A DNA stretch of 64,000 bases from Candidatus Pelagibacter sp. (GCA_045567235.1 JBJLDI010000047.1:307-64306); one strand, 5' to 3'. Shown: positions 32,500 to 43,656, counted from the stretch's first letter. The notes: generated from the letters alone by a model not told the origin. Program-made: numbers and translations.

Positions 32500-33253
32500 T
32501 TCCCATTGCCACTTAGATCACGAACCGCTTTTTAATGATTTAGAAAATATTTTAAAAAGATCAAAAGAAGTTGGGATAGAAAAATTATTAACAATTTGTA
32601 CAACTTTTGAAAGTTTTATTAAGATTAAGCAATTAGTTAAAAAAGATGACATTATTTATGGAACTTATGGCATTCACCCTCATGAAGCAAAAAACGACAA
32701 AGTTACAAAAAAATTAATCATTGATGAAATTAATGCGAATGAAAAAATTATAGGAATTGGTGAAACTGGATTAGATTTTTATTATAATTTTAGTGATAAA
32801 AAAGATCAAATAAAAAGCTTTGAGGAACATATTAAAGCATCTATTGAGTTAAAAATTCCTTTAATCATTCATTCAAGAAATGCTGAAGATCAAATGATAA
32901 AAATTTTTAATGAATATAAAAATCATGATTTGAAAATATTAATGCACTGTTTCACAGGTTCAAAAAAATTTGCAGAAAGTTTACTAGATTTGAATGCATA
33001 TTTTTCTGCTAGTGGAATTATTACATTTAAAAATTCTACTGACTTACAAGAAACATTTAAATCTATTCCTTTAGAAAAAACTTTAATTGAAACTGATAGT
33101 CCATATTTAGCACCAGTTCCAAATAGAGGAAAAAAAAAATGAACCATCTTTTGTAAAATTTACTGCTGAAAAACTTGCTCAAATTAAGGATATATTCCAA
33201 TGTCTACATTGGTAAAAAGTACTACTTCTAATTTTAATAAACTTTTCAATTAA
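32492..33253 (+). CDS. tatD: TatD family nuclease (frameshifts near 33135 and 33195)
   Basis: DSHCH, GIHPH, GETGLD, ETDSPYLAP; NEPSFV... and ...TTSNFNKLFN continue in shifted frames to TAA 33251-33253. Confidence 0.88.
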
Positions 33254-33259
33254 CAATTA

Positions 33260-34030
33260 ATGAAATTTATAATTTTAGGCTGTGGAAGTTCTATGGGAGT
33301 ACCTAGGCCAGATGGATTTTTTGGAAATTGTAATCCAAATAATAAAAAAAATTATAGAACAAGATGCTCAGCTTTAATTAAAACAAAAGATGAAAATGTA
33401 TTAATTGATACATCTCCAGATATTAGACAACAACTAATTAATAACAAAATTAAAAAAATAGATAAAGTTTTTTACTCTCATATGCATGCCGATCAAACAC
33501 ACGGCATTAATGATTTAAGAGTTTTTTACATTCTTAATAGAAAACCTATTCCAGTATATGCAGATAAACCAACTAAAAAGTATTTATTAAATAATTTTAA
33601 ATATTGTTTTACTAATTATTCAAAAGAATATCCTGCTACTTTAAAATTAATGTCTGTAAATAATAATTTAACTTTAAAAGATGGACGTAAGAAAATTTCA
33701 ATTAAACCTATAAAAGTTAAACACGGTAAAGTTAATAGTATTTGTTATATAATAGATAAAAAACTTGCATATATAAGTGATGTTAACCAAATATTTGAAA
33801 AAGATTTTAAACATCTAAAAAATCTTAATTATTTAGTTTTAGATTGCTTATGGATTAATCATCATCCATCACATTTAAATCTTGAAGAAAGTTTAGATTT
33901 AATTTTTAAACTAAATCCCAAAAAAGCAATTTTAACTAATCTTTCACCTGTTTTAGATTACGATTATTTAAAAAAGGTTTTACCTAAGAAAGTTATTCCA
34001 GCTTTTGATGGTTTAACTATAAATTTATAA
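33260..34030 (+). CDS. Metallo-beta-lactamase-fold hydrolase (PhnP-like)
   Basis: LGCGSSMGVP, IDTSPD, HMHADQTHG variant of HxHxDH; follows tatD. Confidence 0.88.
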   Translation: MKFIILGCGSSMGVPRPDGFFGNCNPNNKKNYRTRCSALIKTKDENVLIDTSPDIRQQLINNKIKKIDKVFYSHMHADQTHGINDLRVFYILNRKPIPVYADKPTKKYLLNNFKYCFTNYSKEYPATLKLMSVNNNLTLKDGRKKISIKPIKVKHGKVNSICYIIDKKLAYISDVNQIFEKDFKHLKNLNYLVLDCLWINHHPSHLNLEESLDLIFKLNPKKAILTNLSPVLDYDYLKKVLPKKVIPAFDGLTINL

Positions 34031-34567
34031 AATTTCTTCTATCTTATTTATTAACTTTTTTGACATAGGTTCTGTAAATGATGAAAAAGTATCTTCTACT
34101 TTACCAGATTTATTAATTAATATTTTGTAAAAATTCCACTTGGGAACAGCTGATTTGCCATGATTTTCTTTTGCCCATTTGAAAATTTCATGAGCATTTT
34201 TACCTTTAACCTCTGTTATAGTTGTCAATGGAAAGTTAATATTAAAATTTACTTCACAAAATTCTTTTATATCTGCATTATTACTTTTTTCTTGATTAAA
34301 TGAATTAGATGGAACACCAAGAACTATCAAACCTTTTTCTTTATATAAATCCCACAACTCCTGTAATTCATCATATTGTTTTGTGAAACCACAATAACTA
34401 GCTGTATTCACAACTAAGATAACTTTATTTTTGTAATCTTTAAAATTTATTATCTCACCAGTTATACTTTCTATACTGAAATCATAAATTTTTTTTTCAT
34501 AGTTCGCAGTTGCTGAAGTTTTAAAAAAAAACATAATTATAGATAATAGAAATATTACTTTTCTCAT
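34025..34567 (-). CDS. Cys-type glutathione peroxidase family protein with signal peptide
   Basis: VNTASYCGFT, VPSNSFNQE, KWNFYKIL. Confidence 0.92.
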   Translation of the reverse strand: MRKVIFLLSIIMFFFKTSATANYEKKIYDFSIESITGEIINFKDYKNKVILVVNTASYCGFTKQYDELQELWDLYKEKGLIVLGVPSNSFNQEKSNNADIKEFCEVNFNINFPLTTITEVKGKNAHEIFKWAKENHGKSAVPKWNFYKILINKSGKVEDTFSSFTEPMSKKLINKIEEIL

Positions 34568-35745
34568 TTATTAGGTTTATTTGGGGTAAGTAATATCAAA
34601 AAATAACCAAATAAAGTGGATAATAAGGACCCAGTTAGAACTCCTATTTTTACACCATCCATATATTGAATGTTTTCAGCAAAAGCTAAATTTCCAACAA
34701 ACAAACTCATTGTGAAACCAATCCCAGTGAGAACTCCCACACCATAAAAATTGTACCAACTTGTGTCGTTTGGCATTTGAGCTACTTTTAATTTTATAGC
34801 TAAGTAAGAAAATATAAAAACCCCCAGTTGTTTACCTACGAATAGTCCTAACACGATACCGAGGGGAACCTTGTCTAATAACGATTCAAATGATAATCCT
34901 TCTAAAGACACCCCGGCATTTGCAAATGCAAATAGAGGCATTATTCCAAAAGCAACATATGGACTAATTCCGTGTTCTATTTTTATTAATAAAGAAAAAT
35001 CTTTTTCTTTTTTTCTGTGAGGAATTGTCATAGCTAACAAAACACCGGCAATAGTAGCATGGATACCAGAGTTATGCGTAAAATCCCAAAGGAAAAGTCC
35101 AACAACCAGATAAGGTAAAAACTTTTTAATATTAAATTTGTTAATTAATAACAAAATAATAAAAGCCAATAGCATTAAGGTTAAGTACTTAATGCTCAAA
35201 TCTCCAGAGTAGAATAGGGCAATAATTACTATTGCTCCTAAATCATCAATTATAGCTAATGCTGTTAGAAATACTTTTAATGATAAAGGAACTCTTTTAC
35301 CCAGCAAAGATAAAACTCCTAAGGAAAAAGCAATATCTGTAGCTGATGGAATTGCCCATCCTTTTAAAGTTTCACTATCACCTAAATTTATGAAAACATA
35401 AAATAATGCTGGAACTAACATTCCTCCTACAGCAGCTATTATTGGTAATAAAGCTTGTTTAATATTAGATAATTCACCTTGTAAAAATTCCCTTTTAATT
35501 TCTAAAGTAACAAAAAAAAAGAATATGGCCATCAATGCATCATTAATCCAATGTAAAACTGATAATTTTAATCCAAAATCATTTATCCCAATAAATAAGT
35601 ATTTATTTAATGTCGCAAAATATAAGCTAGACAATTCTGAATTACTTATAATTAAAGCTATAATAGCTGCAAATAATAATACCAGTCCACTTGCTGCTTC
35701 AAGTTTGAAAAACCATTTGAAAGGTTTAGAAATATATTGGATCAT
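34564..35745 (-). CDS. nhaA: Na+/H+ antiporter NhaA
   Basis: WINDALMAIFF, ATDIAF, LAIIDDLG, GIGFTMSLF. Confidence 0.96.
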   Translation of the reverse strand: MIQYISKPFKWFFKLEAASGLVLLFAAIIALIISNSELSSLYFATLNKYLFIGINDFGLKLSVLHWINDALMAIFFFFVTLEIKREFLQGELSNIKQALLPIIAAVGGMLVPALFYVFINLGDSETLKGWAIPSATDIAFSLGVLSLLGKRVPLSLKVFLTALAIIDDLGAIVIIALFYSGDLSIKYLTLMLLAFIILLLINKFNIKKFLPYLVVGLFLWDFTHNSGIHATIAGVLLAMTIPHRKKEKDFSLLIKIEHGISPYVAFGIMPLFAFANAGVSLEGLSFESLLDKVPLGIVLGLFVGKQLGVFIFSYLAIKLKVAQMPNDTSWYNFYGVGVLTGIGFTMSLFVGNLAFAENIQYMDGVKIGVLTGSLLSTLFGYFLILLTPNKPNK

Positions 35746-35748
35746 CTT

Positions 35749-36189
35749 TTAAAAAAATAAGTTTTTGAAAAATAAAATTATATCTTTTATAGTTTCAAAT
35801 AAACTATACAACATAAATTCAAGACCTGGGAAAATGTTACCTAGTGGAGTTTTAAATGTCTCAAGAATCACTATAAGAGCAATAAATGAGATTATGATTA
35901 CAATTAAATATGATAATATTTTCCCTACTCCAAAATTGGACGATTTTTTGATCTCTTTAATTTTATCATCTTTATGTCCATTAATGTTTACAGTTTCTTT
36001 ATTTTCTTCAGGTAATTTAGGTTTTTCTTTAGGCTCAATTTCTTGATAAATATCACTTTTTATTGCTGTAGTTGGATTATAAAACCATGTTTGATCACAT
36101 GATCCACATTTAAGCATTCTGCCTTTTTCAGGAATTAAATTTGAATCAACTTCAAATTTTTTTTCACCACATGGACATATAATTATCAT
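35749..36189 (-). CDS. Zinc-ribbon (MJ0042-type) protein with C-terminal membrane helix
   Basis: MIIICPCG...GRMLKCGSCDQTW N-terminus; hydrophobic segment near C-terminus. Confidence 0.8.
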   Translation of the reverse strand: MIIICPCGEKKFEVDSNLIPEKGRMLKCGSCDQTWFYNPTTAIKSDIYQEIEPKEKPKLPEENKETVNINGHKDDKIKEIKKSSNFGVGKILSYLIVIIISFIALIVILETFKTPLGNIFPGLEFMLYSLFETIKDIILFFKNLFF

Positions 36190-36282
36190 ATACCCTATAT
36201 ATCAGATTCTGATTAAAAATCCTTTATTTTACATATCTTTATACATTGAAAAAAAAAATAAGTACTGTATTAGTACACCTTC

Positions 36283-36359
<77 letters not shown>

Positions 36360-36364
36360 TTATT

Positions 36365-36646
36365 ATGATAAAAGCTAAAATTTATATTCCTAATAAAAGT
36401 GCTATGCAATCTGGTACTGGCAAAACAGATAAATGGATTTTAGAATATGAGACTAAAAATCCAACTTCAAATCCCTTGATGGGTTGGGAAAGCTCATCGG
36501 ACACCCGTTCAGAATTAAAATTAGAATTTTCATCAAAAGAATTAGCAATTAATTATGCAAAAAAAAAGAAAATTGATTTTGAATTAATTGAACCGAAAAA
36601 AAGAAAAGTTGTTAAAAAATCATACGCGGATAATTTTCTAAGTTAA
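36365..36646 (+). CDS. Complex I accessory subunit, NDUFS4-like (ETC complex I subunit family)
   Basis: AMQSG, NPLMGWESSSD, KSYADNF. Confidence 0.9.
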   Translation: MIKAKIYIPNKSAMQSGTGKTDKWILEYETKNPTSNPLMGWESSSDTRSELKLEFSSKELAINYAKKKKIDFELIEPKKRKVVKKSYADNFLS

Positions 36647-36649
36647 TAA

Positions 36650-37645
36650 ATGTTTAAATTTTTTACACAAAAACAGTGGTTTCTATGGAGTATTTTTGGA
36701 TCAATATTCATATTGATTTCTACATGGTATCAAGTTCAACTTGATGTAAAAATTAACGAATGGTTTGGAGAATTTTATGATACTCTTCAAAAAGCATTGA
36801 CAACACCTAATTCAGTTTCTGAAACTGAATTTATTGGATATTTATTTACATTTGCTAAAATTGCAGCACTATGGATTATAATAGCTGTATTCACAGGTTT
36901 TTTTACTAGTCATTGGGTATTTAGATGGAGGACCTCAATGGCAAATTATTATCATGAACAATGGCTTAAAGCTCGTTTAACAGAAGGAGCATCACAAAGG
37001 GTTCAAGAAGATACATTAAAATTTGCTCGTATAATGGAGGGTCTAGGTACTGGTTTATTAGATAGTATTATGACTTTGATAGCTTTTACACCCATACTCT
37101 GGGGTCTTTCAAAACAAATTGATGTCTTACCATGGATTGGCGAAGTTGATCATGCGTTGGTATGGGTTGCTATAATCTCTGCACTTGGAGGAACTTTACT
37201 GTTAGCAGCAGTTGGTATTAAGCTACCCGGCATAGAATATGACATTCAAAAAGAAGAAGCAGGGTATAGAAAAGAATTAGTTCATGGTGAGGATGATCCT
37301 ATTAGAGCTGCACCTCCAACTATTGGTCAATTATATAATCGAGTAAGAGGAATTCATTATAAATCATATTTTCATTACTTATATTTTAACACAGTCAAAT
37401 GGAGTTATTTTCAAGGAATGGTAATTGTACCATATTTAGCTTTAGCTCCTACAATTGTTACTGGTGCAATTACACTTGGATTTGTTCAGCAGATCACAAG
37501 AGCATTCGGTAGAGTGGAGGGATCTTTGCAATATTTAGTTAAAAGTTGGTCAACAATTGTAGAACTGATATCTGTTTGGAAAAGATTAAGAGAATTTGAA
37601 GCCAAATTAAATCTTTCAGATGAATTAACACCTAAAGTTCTATGA
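36650..37645 (+). CDS. SbmA/BacA family peptide transporter
   Basis: INEWFGEFYD, FRWRTSMANYY, EGASQRVQEDT, EAGYRKELVHGED. Confidence 0.88.
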   Translation: MFKFFTQKQWFLWSIFGSIFILISTWYQVQLDVKINEWFGEFYDTLQKALTTPNSVSETEFIGYLFTFAKIAALWIIIAVFTGFFTSHWVFRWRTSMANYYHEQWLKARLTEGASQRVQEDTLKFARIMEGLGTGLLDSIMTLIAFTPILWGLSKQIDVLPWIGEVDHALVWVAIISALGGTLLLAAVGIKLPGIEYDIQKEEAGYRKELVHGEDDPIRAAPPTIGQLYNRVRGIHYKSYFHYLYFNTVKWSYFQGMVIVPYLALAPTIVTGAITLGFVQQITRAFGRVEGSLQYLVKSWSTIVELISVWKRLREFEAKLNLSDELTPKVL

Positions 37646-38607
37646 CAATAGACAAAAAATATGTAGATCAAATTATCAATGTTACTTCAAAAGCTGCAAT
37701 AGCTTCTTCATTTCTAGTAGGAAAAAAAGATAAAATAGCTGCTGATCAAGCTGCTGTTGATTCAATGAGACAAGAGTTAAACAAAATAAATATGACCGGT
37801 GAAATTGTTATAGGAGAAGGCAGTCTCGATGAAGCTCCAATGTTATATACTGGAGAAATACTTGGCAATAAAAATGGTCCTAAATTTGATATTGCTGTTG
37901 ATCCATTAGAAGGAACTAATTTTGCAGCAAATAATCTACCAGGGGCATTGTCAGTAATTACTATTGCTGAAAAAGGTAATTTATTTAAGGCACCTGAAAC
38001 ATACATGAATAAAATAGCTACAGCAAAAGTAGAGAAAGGGCTAGTTGATCTTGATTACTCTATTAAAAAAAACATAAATAATTTAGCTGATTACAAAAAT
38101 ACAGATCCATCAAATTTAAGTGCTTGTATATTAGACCGTCCAAGACATAAAAAAATGATAGAGGAACTTAAAGAATTAAAAGTAAGAATTAAATTAATAA
38201 CAGATGGGGATGTTGCTGGAGCTTTATTAGTTACAAAACCATCATATGGGATAGATATTTTTTTAGGAATTGGTGGAGGTCCAGAGGGAGTGTTAGCTGC
38301 GGCTGCTTTAGATGCTTACGATTGTCACTTTCAAGGAAAATTTTTATTTGATAATGAAAATGATATTAAAATTGCAAAAACAATGGGTATTATTGATTTA
38401 AACAAAAAATATGATTTAAAAGAAATTGTCAAAGGAGATGCAATTTTTTGTGCAACAGCAATAACTGATACTATGTCAATGAAAGGTGTAAAAGTCAAAA
38501 CCAGCAATTCCTTTATAACAGAAACATTAGTTACTCATAAAAGTTCAAAAACTAATTATCCAGATATAGAAAAAAGAGATATAATATTTGATCATAATCA
38601 AAATTAA
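37642..38607 (+). CDS. glpX: Fructose-1,6-bisphosphatase class II
   Basis: VIGEGSLDEAPML, DIAVDPLEGT, LDRPRH, DGDVAG, GGGPEGV. Confidence 0.95.
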   Translation: MTIDKKYVDQIINVTSKAAIASSFLVGKKDKIAADQAAVDSMRQELNKINMTGEIVIGEGSLDEAPMLYTGEILGNKNGPKFDIAVDPLEGTNFAANNLPGALSVITIAEKGNLFKAPETYMNKIATAKVEKGLVDLDYSIKKNINNLADYKNTDPSNLSACILDRPRHKKMIEELKELKVRIKLITDGDVAGALLVTKPSYGIDIFLGIGGGPEGVLAAAALDAYDCHFQGKFLFDNENDIKIAKTMGIIDLNKKYDLKEIVKGDAIFCATAITDTMSMKGVKVKTSNSFITETLVTHKSSKTNYPDIEKRDIIFDHNQN

Positions 38608-40305
38608 ATGATAATTTCAGTTTCTGGCAAGAAATGGCAAGAAAAAAAAGTTAATTCTCAATTATTAGAAAAAATTCAACAAGATTATAATTTTTCAAAA
38701 ATTTTATCTAAATTAATAATTTCAAGAAAATTTGATGAATATGAGATTCATTTAATTGAAAAAGATCTAAAATTATCTAATGTTTTTTATAATAATCCTG
38801 ATTTTATTAATTCCATAAAACTTTTAGAAAAAACAATAAAAAATAAAGAAAATATATGCATATTAGGTGATTATGATGTGGATGGCTCAATATCTACGTC
38901 ATTATTTGTAAATTTATTTAAAAGCTTAAATCATCCATTTTTTTATTACATACCTGATAGAGTTATAGATGGTTATGGTGCTAGTAAAAAATTATTTGAA
39001 AAATTGATTTTAAAAAAACCAAAGTTAGTAATTATGGTTGATTGTGGATCTACAAGTGTTGATGCAATTAATTATTTAAGTAAGAACAATATTAAATCTT
39101 TAATTATTGATCATCATGAAATTAATAAGCCTTATCCGAAAGCAAATGTAATTATAAACCCAAAAAAAAATAACGGCTATATTGAATATGATTACCTTTG
39201 TGCAACTACACTTTCTTATTTTTTTTTAGAAATGTTCATTAAAAAAAATAGATACAAAGTAGATCTAAAAAAATATCTAATTTATGTCCTTTTAGCTACA
39301 GTTGCGGATGTTATGCCTTTAAGAAAATTTAACAGATTGATCGCAATAAAAGCACTGAAAGAATTTAAAATTCAAAATAATTATGTACTAAACGAAATGT
39401 ATAAATTAAGTAATAAAAAAAATAAGATTAATATTAACGACTTAGGGTATTTAATTGCACCAATTTTAAATGCTGGTGGTAGGCTGGGAAAATCAAACCA
39501 TGCTACACAATTATTGACTGCGGATGATAATCAAATTGTTAAAAAAAAATTATCTGAACTTATCAATTTAAACGAAAAAAGAAAAAAAATAGAAGCAGTA
39601 ATTTTAGAGAATATTGATTTTAGAAAAATTAAAAAAGAAAATGAAAATGTAATAATTTATTATGACCCAAATATAGATGAAGGTTTAATAGGTATTATAG
39701 CTGCACGATTAAAAGATTTTTTTAATAAACCATCTATAGTTATTACAAGATCAAATTCTTTTCTTAAGGGATCTGCAAGATCTACAAATAACTACAATAT
39801 TGGAAAAGTTATTAAGAATTTATCAGATAAAAAAATTATTTTGAATGGTGGAGGTCATAATATGGCAGGTGGTTTTACTCTTAAAAAAGAAAATCTTACG
39901 TCTTTAAAAAACTATATGAATAAATTTTTCTTAAAAAATAATGATGTTAAAAATGATTTATTTGAATATGATGCTGAAATTTCATCTATTGGTTTTAATA
40001 AAAATTTTTATAATGAAATAAAAAAAATAGAACCTTTTGGAAATGGGAATCCATCACCAATTTTTCTTTTAAACAAGTTAAAAGTCATTAAAATTATGAA
40101 ATCCAATAAAAAACATATTTCATGTATTCTGAAATCTAAAATTGGCTTTTCAATTAATTCGATATCATTTAATTCTCTTAACACTGATATTGGCTATAAT
40201 TTATTAAACAATAAAAATTATTTTGCTGTTATAGGTCAAATTAATGAAAATTTTTGGAATAATAAAAAATCTCTTCAACTTGTAATTAAAGATTTAATAT
40301 TGTGA
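38608..40305 (+). CDS. recJ: Single-stranded DNA exonuclease RecJ
   Basis: GDYDVDG, VDCG, IIDHH, TVADVMPL, GSARS, GGHNMAGG. Confidence 0.94.
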   Translation: MIISVSGKKWQEKKVNSQLLEKIQQDYNFSKILSKLIISRKFDEYEIHLIEKDLKLSNVFYNNPDFINSIKLLEKTIKNKENICILGDYDVDGSISTSLFVNLFKSLNHPFFYYIPDRVIDGYGASKKLFEKLILKKPKLVIMVDCGSTSVDAINYLSKNNIKSLIIDHHEINKPYPKANVIINPKKNNGYIEYDYLCATTLSYFFLEMFIKKNRYKVDLKKYLIYVLLATVADVMPLRKFNRLIAIKALKEFKIQNNYVLNEMYKLSNKKNKININDLGYLIAPILNAGGRLGKSNHATQLLTADDNQIVKKKLSELINLNEKRKKIEAVILENIDFRKIKKENENVIIYYDPNIDEGLIGIIAARLKDFFNKPSIVITRSNSFLKGSARSTNNYNIGKVIKNLSDKKIILNGGGHNMAGGFTLKKENLTSLKNYMNKFFLKNNDVKNDLFEYDAEISSIGFNKNFYNEIKKIEPFGNGNPSPIFLLNKLKVIKIMKSNKKHISCILKSKIGFSINSISFNSLNTDIGYNLLNNKNYFAVIGQINENFWNNKKSLQLVIKDLIL

Positions 40306-40356
40306 TTTATTATACACTTGATAATTAAAGACTTTTCAAATAAAAGACCTCAAAAT

Positions 40357-40431
40357 GGTCCCTTCGTCTATCGGTTAGGACACGTGGTTTTCATCCTCGA
40401 AAGAGGGGTTCGATTCCCCTAGGGACCGCCA
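40357..40431 (+). tRNA. tRNA-Glu (anticodon TTC)
   Basis: GGTCCCT/AGGGACC acceptor, anticodon loop TTTTCAT, AGGGG-TTCGATT-CCCCT, CCA. Confidence 0.95.
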
Positions 40432-40436
40432 TTAAT

Positions 40437-40688
40437 ATGTATCATTACGTTTATATCCTTAAAACTTTAGATGGATATAAAAAAAAGTCTTATGTTGGTT
40501 ACTCAACCAATGTTTTATCTAGATTACAAAAACATAATAATTCTAAAGGTGCTAAATCTACACGCGGTTACAAATGGAAAGTCATTTTTAAGAAAAGATT
40601 TAAATCTAAAGAAGAAGCTATGTCTTTTGAATATTTGCTTAAAAAAGATAGAAAAAAAAGATTATCCATATTAAAAGAGTTATTATAA
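40437..40688 (+). CDS. Stand-alone GIY-YIG nuclease (YhbQ/UPF0213-like)
   Basis: YVYIL...SYVGYS, RLQKHN, GAKSTRG, AMSFEYLLKK. Confidence 0.88.
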   Translation: MYHYVYILKTLDGYKKKSYVGYSTNVLSRLQKHNNSKGAKSTRGYKWKVIFKKRFKSKEEAMSFEYLLKKDRKKRLSILKELL

Positions 40689-40693
40689 ACTAC

Positions 40694-42799
40694 ATGAAAA
40701 TTGCAACTATTCTCCCATATAAAGAAAATTACACTGTCTCAAAAGCACAAGCAGCAGCTATTTGGGTAAGAGATTTTTATAAATTTTCAAAATACAAAAA
40801 TCAAACATATATATATGGTAATACAAAAACGAAAGATTACCTTACAAAAAATTATTCAAACATCAAAATTAATAATTTAGGAGCTAAATTTACAAGTACC
40901 ACGAAAGAATATTGTAATAATTTCATAAATAAAACAAAAAATAAGAATTTTGATATAATTGAAATACATAATAGACCTGAGGTTTTTAATTTATTAAAAC
41001 CAAATTTCAATTCAAAATTTATTTTATATTTTCATAACGATCCTTTAAGTATGTATGGTTCTAAAAGTGGAAAAGAGAGATTAAAATTACTTATAAATCT
41101 TGATAAGATCGTTTTTATTAGTAAGTGGGTTCAAGATAGATTTTTTATTAACTTAGATAAGAAGCTTTCTGATAAAACAGAAGTTATTTATCACAGTATT
41201 CACAAAATTAAGAAAAAAGAAAAAAAAGAAAATAGAATTACATTTGTAGGAAAGCTAAATACTTCAAAGGGTTATGATATTTATAAAGATGCTATAGTAA
41301 GAATTCTTGATGAATTTAAAGACTGGAAAGCATTTTCAATAGGAGACGAAGATAGAAAAAGACCTATTATAAATCATATTAATCACAGCGAATTAGGTTT
41401 TTTAAAACATAAACAGGTTTTAAATTTTTTAGGTAAATCAGAAATAGCGGTTGTACCGTCTAGATGGGAAGAACCTTTTGGTAGAACTGCATTAGAATCT
41501 TCATCAAGGGCATGTGCAACTATTATATCTAATAGAGGTGGTTTGCCTGAAACAACAGACCATTGCATAATACTTAAAAAACTAAATTCAAACGAACTAT
41601 ATAAACAGATTAAATTATTAATTAAAAATGAAACACTTAGAAAGAAATTACAAAACGGTGGTTTTAATAATATTAAACACTTAATAAAAGATAATACTAT
41701 ATTAATTGATAAATTAAGAGAGAGTCTTGTACAAAATTTTAGCTTAAATTATTTAAGAAATAAACTAAGAATAATTAATATATATAATACAGGTCAAAAA
41801 AACTTTCATAGATTATATAACATTTCACTTGGTAAAAAATTTACTAACGGATTTATTCGAAATGGTCATGATGTTTTGGAAATTAGTGATCGTGACTTTA
41901 TCAGGCAAAGTAGAAACTTATTTCAGATTAAAAATTCTGATAAGTTTCAGGAATATTTGATCAATACATTTAAAAACTATAATCCTGATTTAATTTTTTT
42001 TGGTCATACTCAAAATATTAAAAGAGACACTATTAATGAAATCAAAAATTTAAATAGTGAAGTTATTTTATCTCAATGGAATGAAGATCCAATAATGAAA
42101 AGTTTAAATTATTCTAAACAAAACCTTGAAAATATTTCACACTACTCAGATATTGTAGATCATAATTTTATTACAACTGATCCTAGTATTTTAAAAAGAC
42201 AAATCAAAACTAAAAATAATTTTCACTTTTTCTTTGTTCCAGTTGACAAAAATATTGAATGCTTTGATGTTTCAAAAAAACATCCACTTAAAGATCTATT
42301 TTATGCAATGAGCCATGGGGTGAATAGGGCTACTCTTAAGAGGGGTAAAATGGATTCAAGGATCCATTTTCTCAATAGTTTAATCAAAAGATTAGAAAAT
42401 ATTGATTATGATTTTTATGGTTTTCAGAATAAGGAACCCATTTGGGGAAATGATTTTTATCAAGCATTAAATAATTCTAAAATGGGATTAAATTTAAGTA
42501 GAGGTTTGCCTACAAAATACTACACAAGTAATAGAATTGCTTCTTTGATGGGTAATGGTCTTTTAACATTTGTAGATAAAAAAACTCAATTAGATGACAT
42601 GTTCAATAATCATGAAGTAATAATGTATAGTAATGTAAATGATCTAACAGATAAAATTAATTTTTATAAAAAAAACGATAATCTAAGAAAAAAAATTGCC
42701 TCAGCTGGTAGAAAAAAATATTTTAAACTTTTTAATGAACTTAATATAGCTAAATATATTTTAGATAAATCTCTTGGTAAAAAAGCAACTTTATATTAA
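40694..42799 (+). CDS. Two-module glycosyltransferase (GT4-like plus CgeB-like)
   Basis: FVGKL..SKG and VPSRWEEPFGRTALE in N-half; SKMGLNLSR...SNRIASLMGNG in C-half. Confidence 0.85.
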   Translation: MKIATILPYKENYTVSKAQAAAIWVRDFYKFSKYKNQTYIYGNTKTKDYLTKNYSNIKINNLGAKFTSTTKEYCNNFINKTKNKNFDIIEIHNRPEVFNLLKPNFNSKFILYFHNDPLSMYGSKSGKERLKLLINLDKIVFISKWVQDRFFINLDKKLSDKTEVIYHSIHKIKKKEKKENRITFVGKLNTSKGYDIYKDAIVRILDEFKDWKAFSIGDEDRKRPIINHINHSELGFLKHKQVLNFLGKSEIAVVPSRWEEPFGRTALESSSRACATIISNRGGLPETTDHCIILKKLNSNELYKQIKLLIKNETLRKKLQNGGFNNIKHLIKDNTILIDKLRESLVQNFSLNYLRNKLRIINIYNTGQKNFHRLYNISLGKKFTNGFIRNGHDVLEISDRDFIRQSRNLFQIKNSDKFQEYLINTFKNYNPDLIFFGHTQNIKRDTINEIKNLNSEVILSQWNEDPIMKSLNYSKQNLENISHYSDIVDHNFITTDPSILKRQIKTKNNFHFFFVPVDKNIECFDVSKKHPLKDLFYAMSHGVNRATLKRGKMDSRIHFLNSLIKRLENIDYDFYGFQNKEPIWGNDFYQALNNSKMGLNLSRGLPTKYYTSNRIASLMGNGLLTFVDKKTQLDDMFNNHEVIMYSNVNDLTDKINFYKKNDNLRKKIASAGRKKYFKLFNELNIAKYILDKSLGKKATLY

Positions 42800-43656
42800 T
42801 GAGAGTATCAATTATTATTCCAACTTATAATAATTTAGAATATTTAAAATTTTTAATATACTCATTAAAAAAAAACTCAAATTATAACCATCAAATAATA
42901 TTACATATAAATGAAGGTTTAGATGGTACTCTTGAATTTGCAAAAAAAAATAATATTCAATTCTCGTGCAGTAGTGAAAATATAGGACTATGCAAGTCTC
43001 TAAATAAAGCTGCAAATTTAGTAAATACTAATTATATTCTTTATTCACATGATGATATGTTTTTTTGTAAAGATTGGGACTTATATTTAGAAAAAGAAGT
43101 TAAAAAATTTAATGATAATTTGTTTTATCTTTCGGGTACGAATATTTCTTATAAAGATGGTTTAATAAAATATAATTGTGGATCAACACCCAAAGATTTT
43201 GATGAAAAAAAATTTAATAATTTTTGTGAGACAGATAATAGTAATGATTTACAAGGATCTCATTGGGCTCCTCATTTAGTTCATAAAGAAATGTGGGAAA
43301 GAGTAGGTGGCTTCAGTGAAGAATTTAATCCTGGTGATGGATCAGATCCAGATTTTTGTATGAAATTATGGAATAATAAAGTTAGAATTTTTAAAACAAT
43401 TTCCAAATTTAAAGTTTATCACTTTGGTTCTATCACTACTAGAAAAGGTAATGTTAAATTAAATGATGGTACTAAAACTTTTCTTTTAAAATTTGGTTTC
43501 AACCCTAGATTTTTCAGAAAGTATTATTTAAAAGGAGAAAAAGTTGAAATTTATGATGGTCCACTTGAAGATCCTGGTTTTTCATTTAATATTTTATACG
43601 ATTTAGTAATTAATAAATTCAAATATCTTTATCATTATATGGTAAGTAAAAAATGA
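42799..43656 (+). CDS. Family 2 glycosyltransferase
   Basis: VSIIIPTYN, DGT, SHDD, VGGFSEEF, SDPDF. Confidence 0.9.
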   Translation: MRVSIIIPTYNNLEYLKFLIYSLKKNSNYNHQIILHINEGLDGTLEFAKKNNIQFSCSSENIGLCKSLNKAANLVNTNYILYSHDDMFFCKDWDLYLEKEVKKFNDNLFYLSGTNISYKDGLIKYNCGSTPKDFDEKKFNNFCETDNSNDLQGSHWAPHLVHKEMWERVGGFSEEFNPGDGSDPDFCMKLWNNKVRIFKTISKFKVYHFGSITTRKGNVKLNDGTKTFLLKFGFNPRFFRKYYLKGEKVEIYDGPLEDPGFSFNILYDLVINKFKYLYHYMVSKK

